Made by a program: the position numbers and the translations under genes | In this document: positions 1-15,959 of the stretch, piece by piece | Layout of the letters: every line of letters starts with the position of its first letter | Numbering within the stretch: the first letter of the stretch is position 1 | Source: the human T2T-CHM13v2.0 reference genome, Homo sapiens | Direction of reading: 5' to 3' | DNA length: 64,000 nucleotides | Assembly (NCBI GenBank): GCA_009914755.4 | Contig: CP086569.2 | Location: 12,672,001-12,736,000, forward strand | The notes under the pieces: model-generated | Databases searched by the model: none | What the model saw: only the letters and a program-made list of their open reading frames with translations | Told to the model about the DNA's origin: nothing

Positions 1-61
1 TATCATAGCTACAGACCTATCACTGATTAAATAGATTTAAAACCAGTGCCAATGTTTATTT

Positions 62-74
62 ATTACTTCTTTTC

Positions 75-100
<26 letters not shown>
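62..100. repeat. (TTTTC)n simple repeat merging into poly-T, the degenerated A-tail of the antisense Alu that follows
   Basis: ttttc units repeated about 7 times, then a T-run, directly 5' of the Alu reverse complement. Confidence 0.85.
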
Positions 101-405
<305 letters not shown>

Positions 406-991
406 TGAGATAACCTAAGAAAGGATTGCTGCAGGTACAAATTTCTTCTTTTATACTTGCAATGGGAAAAAATTGGAGATCAAATATATGCTCATCAACA
501 GAAGAATAAACTGTAATACATGCATATGCAGTATTCTATAGTTGCTAAACAAAACTGGATCCAAATATGTCAACAGAAACAAATATCTAAAACAGAATCT
601 TTAGTGAGGAATGAAAACTGGAGAATATAAAATGTGGTATAATATTTGTGTAATTTTTTAAAAAACATTAATGTGTTTATGTGTGTGTGTTTCTAGATCA
701 TCAAATGAGAAAAACATGGACCAGATACAAACTAAATTCACAATTATGTCTAACTTGGTCAGGTGTGAAATATACAGAATCAGGAAAAGAAAAAGAACTT
801 TGAGGCAAATATTAATTTTGGGGTGATTCATTTTTCTGTGTTTCTGTATGTTGCACATTTCTCTAAAATAAAATAAACCCTAAGCTTTGAGTAATTGTTA
901 TACTTTTTTCATTAACAACTAATTATCTTTTAAAAAACCTTTCTAAAACCGTGGATTGTCCTGCCCGTAACACAAACATAAAACAGATTAA

Positions 992-1330
<339 letters not shown>

Positions 1331-1584
1331 ATAAAGGATGTTTTAACAAGAAAGATGACCTCACTCCCTTAGTACTGTATTTTAGTTCAGTCAAATTTTG
1401 ACTGGTGCCATTCTCCTCAGCTGCCGTGATTTCCAATTTAGTTGTGATAAACAGTCTTCTCTGAAAGTTTCCTTGACAGGATTTCTCTTTGAAAAAACAG
1501 AAGTTGCTGAAGGGAAAAGACCAGGAGTATAAATAAGCCCCTGCCTTCTTGACTGAAATTTTTACTGAGATAATTATAGAATAG

Positions 1585-1962
<378 letters not shown>

Positions 1963-2589
1963 TAACCAGTTTCCCCCAAGGGTAAAATTTTGCAGAGCTA
2001 TAGTATAACATCACAACCATATTGGCATTGATACAACCCACAGACCTTCTTCCAGCTTTCCCAGTTTTACTTGTACAATAATTCCTCGCTTAACGTGGCA
2101 TATAGTTTCTTGAAAACTGCAACTTTAAGTGAAACCAAGTATAATAAAACCAATTTTACCATAGGCTAATTGATACGAGCAGGAGTTAAATTCCTAGGTA
2201 CATTTCTGGTCCCAAAAATATGACCAAACTTCTAAATAAAGACGTAAAACACTCCTGATTAGTATTAAGCCCTGGAATAAATGTGAACTATACACACATT
2301 TAGGACAGATTAATAAAAACAGGTAAGATAATTGTTTACTCAATTTTGGGTGAATTTGTGAATGGTGGTGGTTGTCTGGTGGTGAGTTCAAAGAATAAAT
2401 GTAAAGCAAACATTGTCTGGGGCACCTCCCACCACCTTGCAGGCCAAAAACAATTACCAACATGGCGGCTTTTGTCAGGCATCATTTATTGTCATGCATT
2501 TGGATGATTATCATAGACTTTGTGAAATTTTATTTTATGATCATTTGTATGCATTCATTCATTTTCCAACCTGCTTATTTCAGTTAAGG

Positions 2590-2850
2590 GTTATTGGTGG
2601 CTGGAGCCCATCCAGGCAGCTCAGGTCACAAGGCAGAAACCAACCCTGGATGGGATGCCCTCTTATCCCAGGGTGCATTCACATACACCCACGCTGACTC
2701 ACACCACTGGAACCATGTAGACATACCAATGAACCTAAAAGGCACAGCTTTGGAATGTAGGAGGAAACCAAGGCACACAGAGAAAACCCACACAGTCATG
2801 CAGAGAACCCACAAACTCAACACAGACAGGCCCTGGCCAGGACTCTTTTT
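2590..2850. mobile_element. Ancient Deu-domain SINE relic (AmnSINE1 / LF-SINE / SINE3-like)
   Basis: ggctggagcccatccaggcag ... ctttggaatgtaggaggaaaccaaggcacacagagaaaacccacacagtcatgcagagaacccacaaactcaacacagacaggccc matches the conserved Deu-domain core (ctttggactgtgggaggaaaccggagtacccggagaaaacccacgcagacacggggagaacatgcaaactccacacagaaaggccc) recalled from vertebrate Deu-SINEs. Strand relative to SINE transcription is not resolved. Confidence 0.55.
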
Positions 2851-2923
2851 TTTCATCAGTGTTGTAACAAAATGACATTGAATGAAATGATGTTACTGGA
2901 GAACCTGCTGTACTCATGACTCT

Positions 2924-2947
2924 GTGTTTGTGTGTGTGTGTGTGTGA
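2924..2947. repeat. (GT)n microsatellite
   Basis: tgtgtgtgtgtgtgtgtg run. Confidence 0.9.
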
Positions 2948-3239
2948 ATCAGGTACTATCTACTTTTATCACATGTATGCTCAGACATCCACCAGCACAG
3001 TCAAGATACTGAGAAGTTCCAACATGACAAGTATCCCTTGTGCTGCACTTTTATAACACAACCCAAGTCCCTCCTAACTCCCCTCCCCACCCCTAACCTC
3101 TGGCAACCACTTATCTGTTCTCCATTTCTAAGGTTTGTTATTTCAGGACTGCTTTACGTAAATGTAATTACACAGTATGAAACATTTGCAGAATCACTTT
3201 TTTCATTCAGCATAATTCTCTGAAGATTCATCCATCAGT

Positions 3240-4100
3240 GTGTGTATCAAAAATTTGTTCCTTTTTATTACTGGGTTATTCCATGTATATACCACAGTTT
3301 GTTTAACCATTTACCCATAGAAGGACCTCTGAGCTATTTCCAGCTTTTAGATATTATGAATAAAGCTGCTATGAACATTTGTGTACAGGTTTTTGTATGA
3401 ACATAAATTTTTATTTCTCTGAGTTAAATGCTTAAGAATACAATTGCTGGGCCATATGGTAATTGCATCTTTAGCCGGATAAGAGCTGTGAAACTATTTT
3501 CCAAAGTGGCTGTATCATTCCTCCCAGGAATGTAAAAGCTCCATTTTTTTTCTGCATCCCTGCTAGGTTTGGTTTCGTCACTATTTTTTATCTTAGCCAT
3601 TCCAATAGCTGTGTATTGACAATTCATTGTGGTTTCATTTGCATTATCATGATGTCCAATGAGGTTGAACTTCTTTTTATGTGCTTATTTTCTAACTGTA
3701 TAGTCTCCTTGGTGAAATAGCTGTTTATGTGTTTTGCCCACTTTCTAACTGGATTTTTTTTAATGTTGAGTTTTCAGAGTCCTTTATATATTCTAAATAC
3801 TAGTCTTTTGATGGATATGTGATTTGCAAGTATTTTCTCTTGGTCTGCAACCTGTCTTTTCATCTTTTTCACATATGTTCCACAGATAACAAGCTTTCAG
3901 TTTTAATGAGACCCGATTTATCTACTTTTCCTTTTATGGATTGTGCTTTTGTTGTCAAGTCTAAGATCTCTTTGCTTAGCCCTAGATCCTGACGATTTTT
4001 CTCCTTTTTTCAAAAAGTTTCATAGTTTTACATTTAAGTCCATGATCCATTTTGAGTAAATGTAAAAGTGTTTAGATTGAGATTCCATTTTTTTTTTTGA
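3240..4100 (+). mobile_element. LINE-1 fragment, ORF2 C-terminal region (L1M/L1PB-like), sense
   Basis: ccatgtatataccacagtttgtttaaccatttacc...aataaagctgctatgaacatttgtgtacag...ttttccaaagtggctgtatcattc...ttgtggtttcatttgcat matches the L1 ORF2 3' region. Confidence 0.8.
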
Positions 4101-4226
4101 AACAGTATTTCCTCTACATACATACACCCTAAATCCATAAATCTAAATAGAGGCTATAACTCAATCAAAGAAGCAAAGAGTCAAATAGTTTCTTTTCATT
4201 GTAGAGATTAAATTATCAGATGATGA

Positions 4227-4562
<336 letters not shown>

Positions 4563-5141
4563 TAGTTCTGACATCTTAAAAATCCTCCAAAGGGTGAAAC
4601 AGGAAATATAATAGCAGCCCTCTTGCTTTCAATTTCCATTTTATACTGAATTAGGACCTGAACACTCCTTGCATTAGGCACTATACATCTACACTCTAGA
4701 GAAAGCCCAGTGGCCATTTATTCCTTCCATAGACACCTTGTAGTCTCTGACAGGGAACAGTCAGGGCCCTCACATGATTAAAATACAGGGAGCTCCCTGA
4801 CAAAAGAGAAGTTGAGAAATCTTCAAGACAGGAGTGCCCAGCTCTTTGGTGGGGAGCAGGAGAAGTTTCCCCAGCAGGGAGGAGGGGATGAGATGAAAGA
4901 TTAAATCAGCTTGAATGTGGAATGAAAGGCAACGGGAAAAAAGGCAAAAATTCAAAATATCTGGAAAAACTTGGCATGGCTGGAAGAATGGCTGCAAAAT
5001 GGAAAGAAATGGTGTCGCAGAGGCTCTGGGTGGGGAGTGATATCCATGGGGGTAGGTTGGAGCAGATGATTCTGAGTCTCTGTCTCTCCCTCTGTCTCTC
5101 ATTAACAGAAAGTTTCAGTTCCACTTTTTTTTTTTAAAGGT

Positions 5142-5212
5142 GTTAGGTCAGTGCAAAATTAACTGTGGTTTTAAAAGTAATGGCCAAAACTGCAATTACT
5201 TTTGCACCCACA
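5142..5212. mobile_element. MADE1 (Hsmar1-derived MITE) palindrome
   Basis: ttaggtcagtgcaaaattaactgtggttttaaaagtaatggccaaaactgcaattacttttgcaccc is the 80-bp MADE1 inverted-repeat hairpin consensus (ttaggttggtgcaaaagtaattgcgg...ccgcaattacttttgcaccaacctaa). Confidence 0.85.
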
Positions 5213-5870
5213 GAAAACCTTAGTCATACTAATTATACTAAGGAACTTATTTGGATTTAATAGAAGAGAGCAAGGCTAATTGAGACTGTGTAATTGTATT
5301 CAGAGCACATCAGAAGCACTATACTGGAGTCAGGAAACCAGGGCTAGACTTCCAGGCTGGCTACTAATCTGAAGAAATCACTGTTTGATCACAGCTTCAG
5401 GGTTTACAGATGGGGTTAAAATGCCTCTATAGTGAGTCTTCATCCGTCATTAAAAATGGAGTGAGTGGATGGTACTCTTCTAGTCACCCAGTTATCGAAA
5501 ATAAATACAATATCATTATCAATAATATGATCATTAAATTTATGTGATATTTACCATATAAAGTGTATATCAAACACGTAAAAATATTATTTTACTCTTT
5601 TTAATCCAATAAACAAATTTGCTTTCTTGGACTAAAAAATAAGTACAATAATTGGAGTCTAAAATTTTGCTGGTGGTTAGCCAATACTGCTTCACTCAGG
5701 TACACATTTCCTCTGATGATTTTTTAAAATTCTGATTAAATATTATGGAAGTTTGTTTACCTTGAACTTATACTGGTGCCTTTTTGAATTTATTGGTTGA
5801 TTCTGTATAAAAGAAACAAACAAACAGTTTCCACCTCTGAGGAAAAAGACACATAGAAAGTGTGATTTGA

Positions 5871-6209
<339 letters not shown>

Positions 6210-6614
6210 CTAGAAGGTTTCATCTCTCCCAAATCTTTTCACAAACCTTGCTTATACCCCTGTCTTCAACTTGCCCCAGCGTAAGGTATTGGATCCCAGG
6301 GCAACGTGCTTCCAGAGACCCCTCAGTCAGTGTTACACCCGATTTAAGCCAGAAAGCATGAGCACGTAAAAATTCACCAGTTCCCACTAAACCTGAAGTA
6401 ATTATTCTCATATGAATTGAGGGGGTTGAGACATTGTAGGGAAATTAGAGTTCTGGGAAGAAGGCTAAATAACCCCAACATGTATTTTTTAAATTCCAAA
6501 ATATATTTTCTTACTTCAGATTGAGTCTAACACCAAACCTGAGAATTAATTCAATTCACAAGCCAGAGTTAGCTAAACACTAATACTCATACACAAGCCC
6601 TGCCCTCCACAGAC

Positions 6615-6790
6615 ATCTGGATTCAAATCTCCACTCTGTCATTTACTAGTAGATGCAAATAACTTTATCTCTTGGTACTCTTTCCTCTTTAGTAAAATAA
6701 GGACAATATAAGAACCTGCCTCATAGGAGTTTGATGAGAACTAAAAAATTTAAATAAAATTTCTGATACACAGTGAGGGATCAATAATGG
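6615..6790 (+). mobile_element. MIR SINE fragment
   Basis: ggattcaaatctccactctgtcatttactagtagatgcaaataactttatctc...cctcataggagtttgatgag...acagtgagggatcaataatgg resembles the MIR core and 3' end. Confidence 0.6.
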
Positions 6791-9049
6791 TCAGACACAG
6801 ATTAGAAGAATCAGGAAAGACTCCCCAGAAGAAGTGATGCCTGAATCAAATCTTGAACTCTGAAGCAGATTATGCATATGAAGGTCAAAGAACAACGATG
6901 TTCAAGCATGAGCTTTGCTTTGGATCAGAGGGAAGCATGGGAAGCTGTGGGAAGTAAAGGAGAAGGAAAATGGGAGGCTAGACCAGGGGAAGGGAAAGCT
7001 GGAGATGGGAATGTTTAACACATTTGGAACAGAAAGCTCATCTCTGGTAGGACCATGAAGTTAGGGCTTTCTTACTAAATCTCTGTGGGGTGTCACTAAA
7101 GGATTTTAAGTAAGGATGAAAAATCATCTAATTTGCTTTTGGAACTGTAGTTGGGCAGCCAGATGGGGAATGAATAAGAAGAACAAGTGGAGTCCAAGTT
7201 CTTACTCAGGAGATTGATGGGGCACTTCAGGTGAAGGAACATGTTCCCAGCTAAAGCACTGAATGAGTAAGACTCGGGGACTGGTTGAAGGTGGGGAGTG
7301 AGGCAGATGACAGAAGTTAAGAAGATTCTGGATCGCTGGTTTGGATGACTGAGGTGGGTGATGGCATGATCAACTGAAACTGGAAACACAAAATAGGTTT
7401 GAGTCAGGGAAAGGGAGAGGTAACAAATCTAGTTTGGTACATGCCTGGTTGTGGAAGCTGTGAAACATACTAATGAAGCTGTTCAGCTGGAAGTTGAATA
7501 TAAGGGTCTGAAGCTTAGGATACTGATGCAAAAATGTAGAAGTCTGACACCATGCAAGGTCACACCAGGAGTGTACATAACATGACAATACTACACAGGA
7601 ATACCAACACAGAAAAAGACAAGCAGAGAAATTGGAGTACAAGGAAAATGAGCATGAATTCATCGAGGTGGAGATGTTAATTTATTTGAGATGTTTGTAA
7701 TCATAAATCAAAGTACTAGACATTGATATAGATTTATAGATGTATAAGTATCTCTACATGCATATCTGCAGCAAATTTTAACATCACCTCAGGTCAGTGA
7801 TGAATGAAGAACAACTTAAAGTTGGAAAACTAAGATAATCATATGAATAAATGTGGTAAACTAAATATGGTATAAAAAACTTATTTTTCTGGGATTTGTA
7901 GGAAGTGATGGTCAATGGATATGCAGTTTAGGAGGTTATCAATGATCAATGATTTAGGAGATTCTGTGATCTTATACACTAAGATCACCTAAGGTTTTAG
8001 GTTTAAGGTTTTAGGTTTTAGCACTGTGTATAATTCTCGCTTTCTGATACCTAAGACAGCATTGCATGTAAAGAAGCCATTAGTGCCTACTCATGCCCCA
8101 TGGTAGTAATATCTGCAAGATCATGTCTAGTTCAAACTCTACTGCATTTTCTAAGGGGAGACACCATCTCCAAATGCAATGGATGCTTTTACAAAGAGGA
8201 TCCTCAGAACGGAGAACACTCCATACAGCTACCAGTGGAAGACACGCATTCGCCTTTCTCATGTAAGTGTGTGGCAGGCTGAGAGGCTGTGGGATAACTG
8301 AATGAATTGATCCAGGATTTTTTACTCCTTAGCTCAGCTAGATCTGGGTTCTTGTCTCATGACCAGGAAAAATTAGACACACGGACATCAAAGAGTGAGT
8401 GAAGTAGAATTTATTAAGTGAAAAGGAAAGCCCTCAGCAAAAAGAGGGGTCCTGAAAGCAGGTTTGGTTGTCCCCCTTCACAGTTGAATACAAAGGCTTC
8501 TGTATTCCACTGATGGGGCTGGGTTCCCTACTTGTGTAAGGCATGAATTCCTGGAAGCCCTACTCCATCTTTCCAGTGCACATGCAGGCCCTTAGTCTGA
8601 GCCACTCTATATTGATTTATTTCTCTGACTGTGCATGAGTTAATGGATGGAATTTTTCACCACAGGCAGGTTTAGGCAAGCCCCCTGTGCAGGTTCCCTT
8701 ACCTGCACAAAGCATCTGGTGCAGATATGTGTGGGGCACGTCAGAAATTCTCTGGGGACCCTCCCCTATCTGCCTAGGAGAGTTCTCTGCTTCCTGCGTC
8801 TATCAAAATGACACAGTGATGAATGGCCTTGGGCTCCACTATTCCTCTAAAAAGCCCCCTAAGCCCAAGTGTTTCCATTTTTCAAAAAACATTTAGAGGG
8901 GAGGCAAAGTGAATAATGACTAGGAACATGAGTTTTGAAATCAAACAGACTTGGATTTGAAATCCTTGCTCCACCTCATAATATTTGCTACTGTTGATTG
9001 AGTGACTACTAGGCTGGGTACTAGTCAGAAAGCGTCATATTCACTAATT

Positions 9050-9333
9050 AATTTTTTTTTGTTTTTGAGACAGGGTCTCATTCTGTTGCCCAGGTTGGAG
9101 TGCACTAGCATGATCACAGTCACTACAGCCTCAACCTCCCAGTCTCAATTGATCTCCCTGCCTCAGCTTCTTGAGTACCTGGGACTACAGATGTGTGCCT
9201 GGATACTTTTGTTTTTGTAGGGATGGAGTCTACCTATATTGCCCAGGCTTATCTAGAACTCCTGGGATCAAGCAATCCTCCTGCCCCAGCCTCCCAAAGT
9301 GTGGGGATTACAGCCGTGAGCCACCATGCCTGG
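9050..9333 (-). mobile_element. Alu SINE, older AluJ-like, antisense
   Basis: poly-T, gagacagggtctcattctgttgcccaggttggagtgcac...gtggggattacagccgtgagccaccatgcctgg, more diverged from the consensus. Confidence 0.9.
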
Positions 9334-11308
9334 TTTCACTTATTAAATCTTTACAATAAACCTGGGGGCAAGAATGGGACATGGATGGTTAAGTTGATTA
9401 CTCATAGTCACAAACTGAGTGCCTGAGCAGAGATTGAAACCCAGATAGTTCAATTCCGGAACCAGCAGTCTTAATCGTGACATTTTTCTGCCAGGCTATC
9501 CATGAGACTGGTGAAAGCACACACTCTTTGAGATTCCATTTTCTCATACCTAGTGAGCCTATCTGATACAGTTATGTTGAGCATAAACAAAATAGTCTAT
9601 GTAAAACACATAGTACAGTGCCTAGAATATAGTAAGAACTCAATAGATCATAGCCATATTTTATTTTATTATTTCCTTTTTAAAAGGTATATTCAGTATT
9701 AAGAGGGAAAGGCTAAATTGAGCAATGGAAAAATAGGTCAGATTCAGCCCTTTGTCCCAACCCTAGTAAGAACAAGTACACTTGGTTTTGATGTCTCGAT
9801 ATCTCAAGGTTTTAAATTTATAGATGTTCATGTTCCTGTCTCAAGAGCACCTTGCTGTATCCATCAAAACCTGGTGGCAGATTAACTGAGTGTGAATGAT
9901 CTATCTCAAATAGAATTTGACCTTCAAACTAGAAGCAAAAGCAAGAAATAAATTGCTAAACTGTGAAAAGCATTCGGATGATCTAATATGCTATTCAACG
10001 CAGTGCTTGAGAGAAGATGTCTCACTGTTGGCTAATCTCTTCTTGTTTTTGAGACAGAATACATTGCATTTAATACCTTGCATTTGCAAATATACATCTG
10101 CATTGATATACTCATCACAGGTCAGTGTATGCAAACCTAAATTTTAGATACAACAACAACCATATGCAAGTCTATAAACCGAGACCCAAAACCATGTTTC
10201 CTCCTGACACGTAAAGTGGTTTTGATGTATTTTCCTGTTTATGAATGTATTAGAGCCAATCATGTCTCACCATGAAAACTATATTTTTTTTTGCTGTATT
10301 TCAGATTACCTTTCCCAAGTGGCAGTGAGAATTTGTATTCATTTAATTCAACACAACAAGTATTATAATTTAAAAGTCTGCTACAGGCCAGCAATGTGCT
10401 ACACATTCCCCAGACAGATAAAAGGAAAACCCTGCAGATTACCGGTAAGCCCCGTTTCTGAACCATGGATGTGAGGGCGAAGAGGCTCGATGCAATTGTT
10501 ACAGAGGGGCTGAGGCTGCATTGGTTTGGATGAGAGTAACACGGAGGAAGAGAATACCCACCAGTGTGCACTGCCTCTTCATCAAATGTGTTGTCATTTG
10601 ACTCCGAAAGCTCAATTTCCCCAGGTAAGGTGAGGCAGTCATGTGCCTGGAAAGCCTGGATTCTGGGGCTCAATGCTGCCTCATGTAAAGACGCCACTGT
10701 AAGCCCTGCGTGGTGCTGAGCCTGGCAGAGCAGGCCCTCAGACATCATGAACCTGTATTCAAATGGCCATCTCTAAAGGTTAGTCAATCATGGCATTTTT
10801 TCCATGAACTATGATTTGAAATGTTCCATCTACAGGACAGTAACAAGAAAGACAGTCAGTGGGAAACAATAATAAAATCAGGTCTGAACTTGCATAGGTG
10901 AATAGTTAACTGGGAGACACCAAAGTGGGAACATTCAGTAAGCAGCGGGGTATATAGTCAAGAGCTAGGTCTTGACTAGAAATCCTAACTTGGGAATTAT
11001 CAATTTAGTTGAAGTCGTAGACATAGATAAGAAGAGAAGAGAACCGAAGTGAAACCCAGGGAACCACGCACATCTGAGGGTCAGGAGAAACAAGAGAAGC
11101 TCCTGAAGGAGAGTGGGAAGTAGGAAGTAGGCATTTAAATGTGGAAAAGTCTCGAGATAGTTCCATTCTGAAAATATAGCAAAGTAGATCACTTGAAAGC
11201 TTTCTGTTACAAAACACTTGTATATGCGATATAAAATATATCAAAAAATATTTCTAATGCATAGCTGAGCCTCTAATAAATTAAGGAAAATTCAAATACA
11301 GAAATAGA

Positions 11309-11710
<402 letters not shown>

Positions 11711-12433
11711 TTAACTGCCCCATGGAGATTGGAGAGGCGGCTTTGGACTTCTGCAAGGCATAGAGTTGAAACAGAGACTCTTGCATGAAGCTGTAACATT
11801 TTTTTCCATGTGTTTGAAGTTTTCCACAATAAAAAGCTCTTTTTAAATAAGAAATGGGCACCAAAAGTGAACCATAATGTAAAGTATGGATTTTGAGTGA
11901 TGATGATGTACTGATGTAGGTTCAATTGTAAGAAATGTAGCATTCTCTTTGGATGGCAGGGGTGGATGCTAACAGTGGAGAAGTCTGTGTATGTGTGGGG
12001 ACAAGGGTTATGAGGAAACTCTGTACTTTTTGCTCAGTTTTGCTGTGAACCTAAAGTTGATCTAAAAATATGAAGTCTATAGAACAAAAAGAGAAAAAAA
12101 GAAATGAACTTCTGGGGTTCCTGGCAGAAGCAGATGCAAATGTCTCCAGAAGACAGATACAGGCAGTACAGAATTCCCACAAATATGGTGTACTCACAAT
12201 CATGAAATCGTGGATATGAACAAGCAAGCTGCATGAAAATCACACGCAACAACCGGTGAAATTAGAGCCTCAGGACTTGCAAAAATGAAGCACTTACGAA
12301 AATCATAGAAAAGAAATAAGTTTCATATTATTAAAAAATAAATCAAATCATAAGTAAGGAACTATTGGCTTTTTAAGGGAAAAAAAGCATATTTTAAAGG
12401 AAATGACCAAAACTTCCAGAAATGAAAAACTTA

Positions 12434-12805
<372 letters not shown>

Positions 12806-12989
12806 ATAGTGAGTTAAAAAGCAGATTAGACACAGCCAAACAGATAATTTTTACACCTCAAAAATGAAAGATCAGTAGTCTATCCAGATAATAGAACAGG
12901 GAAAAAAAGATATAGAATGCAGAAAGGAGGAATAGCAGTAAGAATTTTTATATATTGCAGAGGGGAGCAGAACTTGGTACAGTCAATTT

Positions 12990-13329
<340 letters not shown>

Positions 13330-14149
13330 TAGATTTGGTATATATCTTTGAAAATAAGTATCAAGTATCACTCATATTCTGCATTTTCTTTTGTCAGCAT
13401 GATCTATCAAAAACTGAGAGGCATATTATCTACCACAACTATTGTGCTACTACCAATTTTTACTTATGTTACAAAGATACTCACTGGCATTTTATACTTC
13501 AAAACTCTGCTATTTGATTTGTAAAATGTCATTATTTTAAAAGCCTCATTGAGGGCTGAACCCCTGATTTTCAATAGCCCTCTTGACTATTTCATATTCT
13601 TACTTAGTATTTTAACTGGTGAAGTTTTCGTCATCATTTCCTTTTGAAGTTTTGAGTTACTTTATTTTAGCTGTTCCTCCTTTAGATGGCATCTTGCTAG
13701 ATGTCTGTTTTTAAGCTCATTCTGAGGAATTTGTTTTCAATAGGCGAGTTCACTCCCTTCTACTGTTAAATCAGTTTAGTGTTGTCATTCATTTCATCTT
13801 GTATATTTGTAATGACTGTTTTTTAGTTTTTTTTTTTACATTATTCCATTTTTCTTTGCTTTTTCTTTAGGATTTTGATAGTTTTATAAGCTGTTGGGTT
13901 CTCTGTGTGCTTGGCTTTCTAAATTTAAGTTTTATGTCTGAAGTTGCATTACTCAGTACCTCAACTTCTGACATAGGAGGAAAAGCAAAGAAATAACACA
14001 AAATTGAGGGGAGTGGTTTTCTTTGGGAGTATGCAGTAGGGTGGCATAGAGTGGAACACATAGGTAAATGCAAATTATAGATATTTGTTCAATACCCTAA
14101 GTTTGGGTGGTGAGCTCTAGGCATTGATTATACTCATGCTTCCTTTTTT

Positions 14150-14478
<329 letters not shown>

Positions 14479-15959
14479 TAAACTTACATACATTTCATTT
14501 ATATTCTCATGTATATGCCAAATATTATTTTAAAGAATGAAAATATAATTGTCAAATTCATAAGTATTGACTTCTTCCAAAGCTTTTAATGTTTTTGTTC
14601 CTATCAGCACTCTCTTCTCTATCTCAGCGTACCAGTTTTTCCTGTTATACTCTTGACTTCTTACCCTGCCTGTTTTGGGTAAACCACTATTTTGATAATG
14701 TAGCTTTTAGTAAAAGACTATCAAAAACAAAATGACATGCACGCAATGATTTCAACAATCCTAAACAAGCAAAATCTTATAAAGCATGTAAACAAGGACT
14801 ACAGAATAAGATACAAAATGAAAACATTTTATGTTAGTGTTGTGAGATTATGTATTACAATTTTTCCCTGGAATTGTTTTTTGCTACCTCATCATTTAAA
14901 TTAAAATGTCAACAAGAAACATTAACTATAGCTGTAAAGCCTACTTACCTGTGCCATGATGAAAATATCACACTACAAAATTTTTTGTATTTGTATATTA
15001 TGTTATATTCAAAAGTGTTTTAGATTTTCAAAAGAAAGTTAGAAACAGTATCTTTAGATGAATGGTTTTGGCAGATTATGAAAGCCTAAAATTGTTGGCA
15101 AACTTGAACCTCAAAAAAGTAATTTGATGCTAATTAGCTATTTAAACATGCAGAAGATAACTGACGTGAGAGAAAGGAATGAAAATTCAGACTTATCTGA
15201 ATAGTAACAACACACAGGAAAACAGAATAATTTAGAGCTGGGGAATTAAAATAGTCCTCGTCTTCTCACAGAACAAAAGGAAAAAATACTCTGAAGTCTT
15301 TGTTGCAATGGTGTGGAAAATTTATGTTTGAAAAAGCTGCATGTTTGAAAAATTGCATTTTTAAAATTAGTTCAGATTTTAGCAATTAACTTCAAACTAG
15401 CATAAAAGTGTTCCTACATGGAGCAGATTCAATTCGAGGCTAAAGGAAAAGCACCTGACATTTTAGTTAGCCTATGCAGTCTGTCATGGATAAACCTGTA
15501 AGTGACTTTACGATTTAGGATTTCTGAGGTGTGAAAAACAGCTCTGGACCTCAGAGTCAAAGGTTGAATCAGAGCTGAAAGCGGACTTTGCCGATCAAAC
15601 CTCCGTCAGCAACAGCAAATGTTACACAGACGTTGAGACTATTAGGAGAGCTGAGTGCTTGTGACTGACACTATTTTTATCTGAACCCCCTCTCCAAATA
15701 CCAGTGGGTCCCTGGGGTTGCCAAAATAACTTAAATGCTCTTTATAAGAAAAAGCTTAGGTCATTTTTGTTAATGTGTTCAACTTGCCAGATTCTTTGAA
15801 AGCACCGATTCTTGTCTTCAGTACCATAATGAAGAATCACTTCTAAACATTTCTAAATAACAATCATCATGTTACTACATCCAAAAAGTTGTTTAAAGCA
15901 TGTACTTCAGAATAATCGTATTTAAATTCTTCCTTTGACTTCATGTCCCAGGGCACTTG

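Noticed and set aside
6790-7640. A block with the feel of an ancient interspersed repeat (…gggagaggtaacaaatctagtttggtacatgcctggttgtggaagctgtgaaacatactaatgaagctgttcagctggaagttgaatataagggtctgaagcttagg…)
   Set aside because: It resembles a common old mammalian repeat that I cannot name confidently from memory. I left it unannotated rather than guess a family; RepeatMasker should settle it.
10260-10748. A 162-aa minus-strand ORF (MMSEGLLCQAQHHAGLTVASLHEAALSPRIQAF...)
   Set aside because: No similarity I can recognise and no repeat structure. The local GC content is moderately high, which lowers the stop frequency, and one ORF of this length is roughly what chance predicts in 64 kb across six frames. 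It is not retained as a CDS. The splice-donor-like motifs on the opposite strand near 10443 and 10621 are mentioned under the mini-exon finding.
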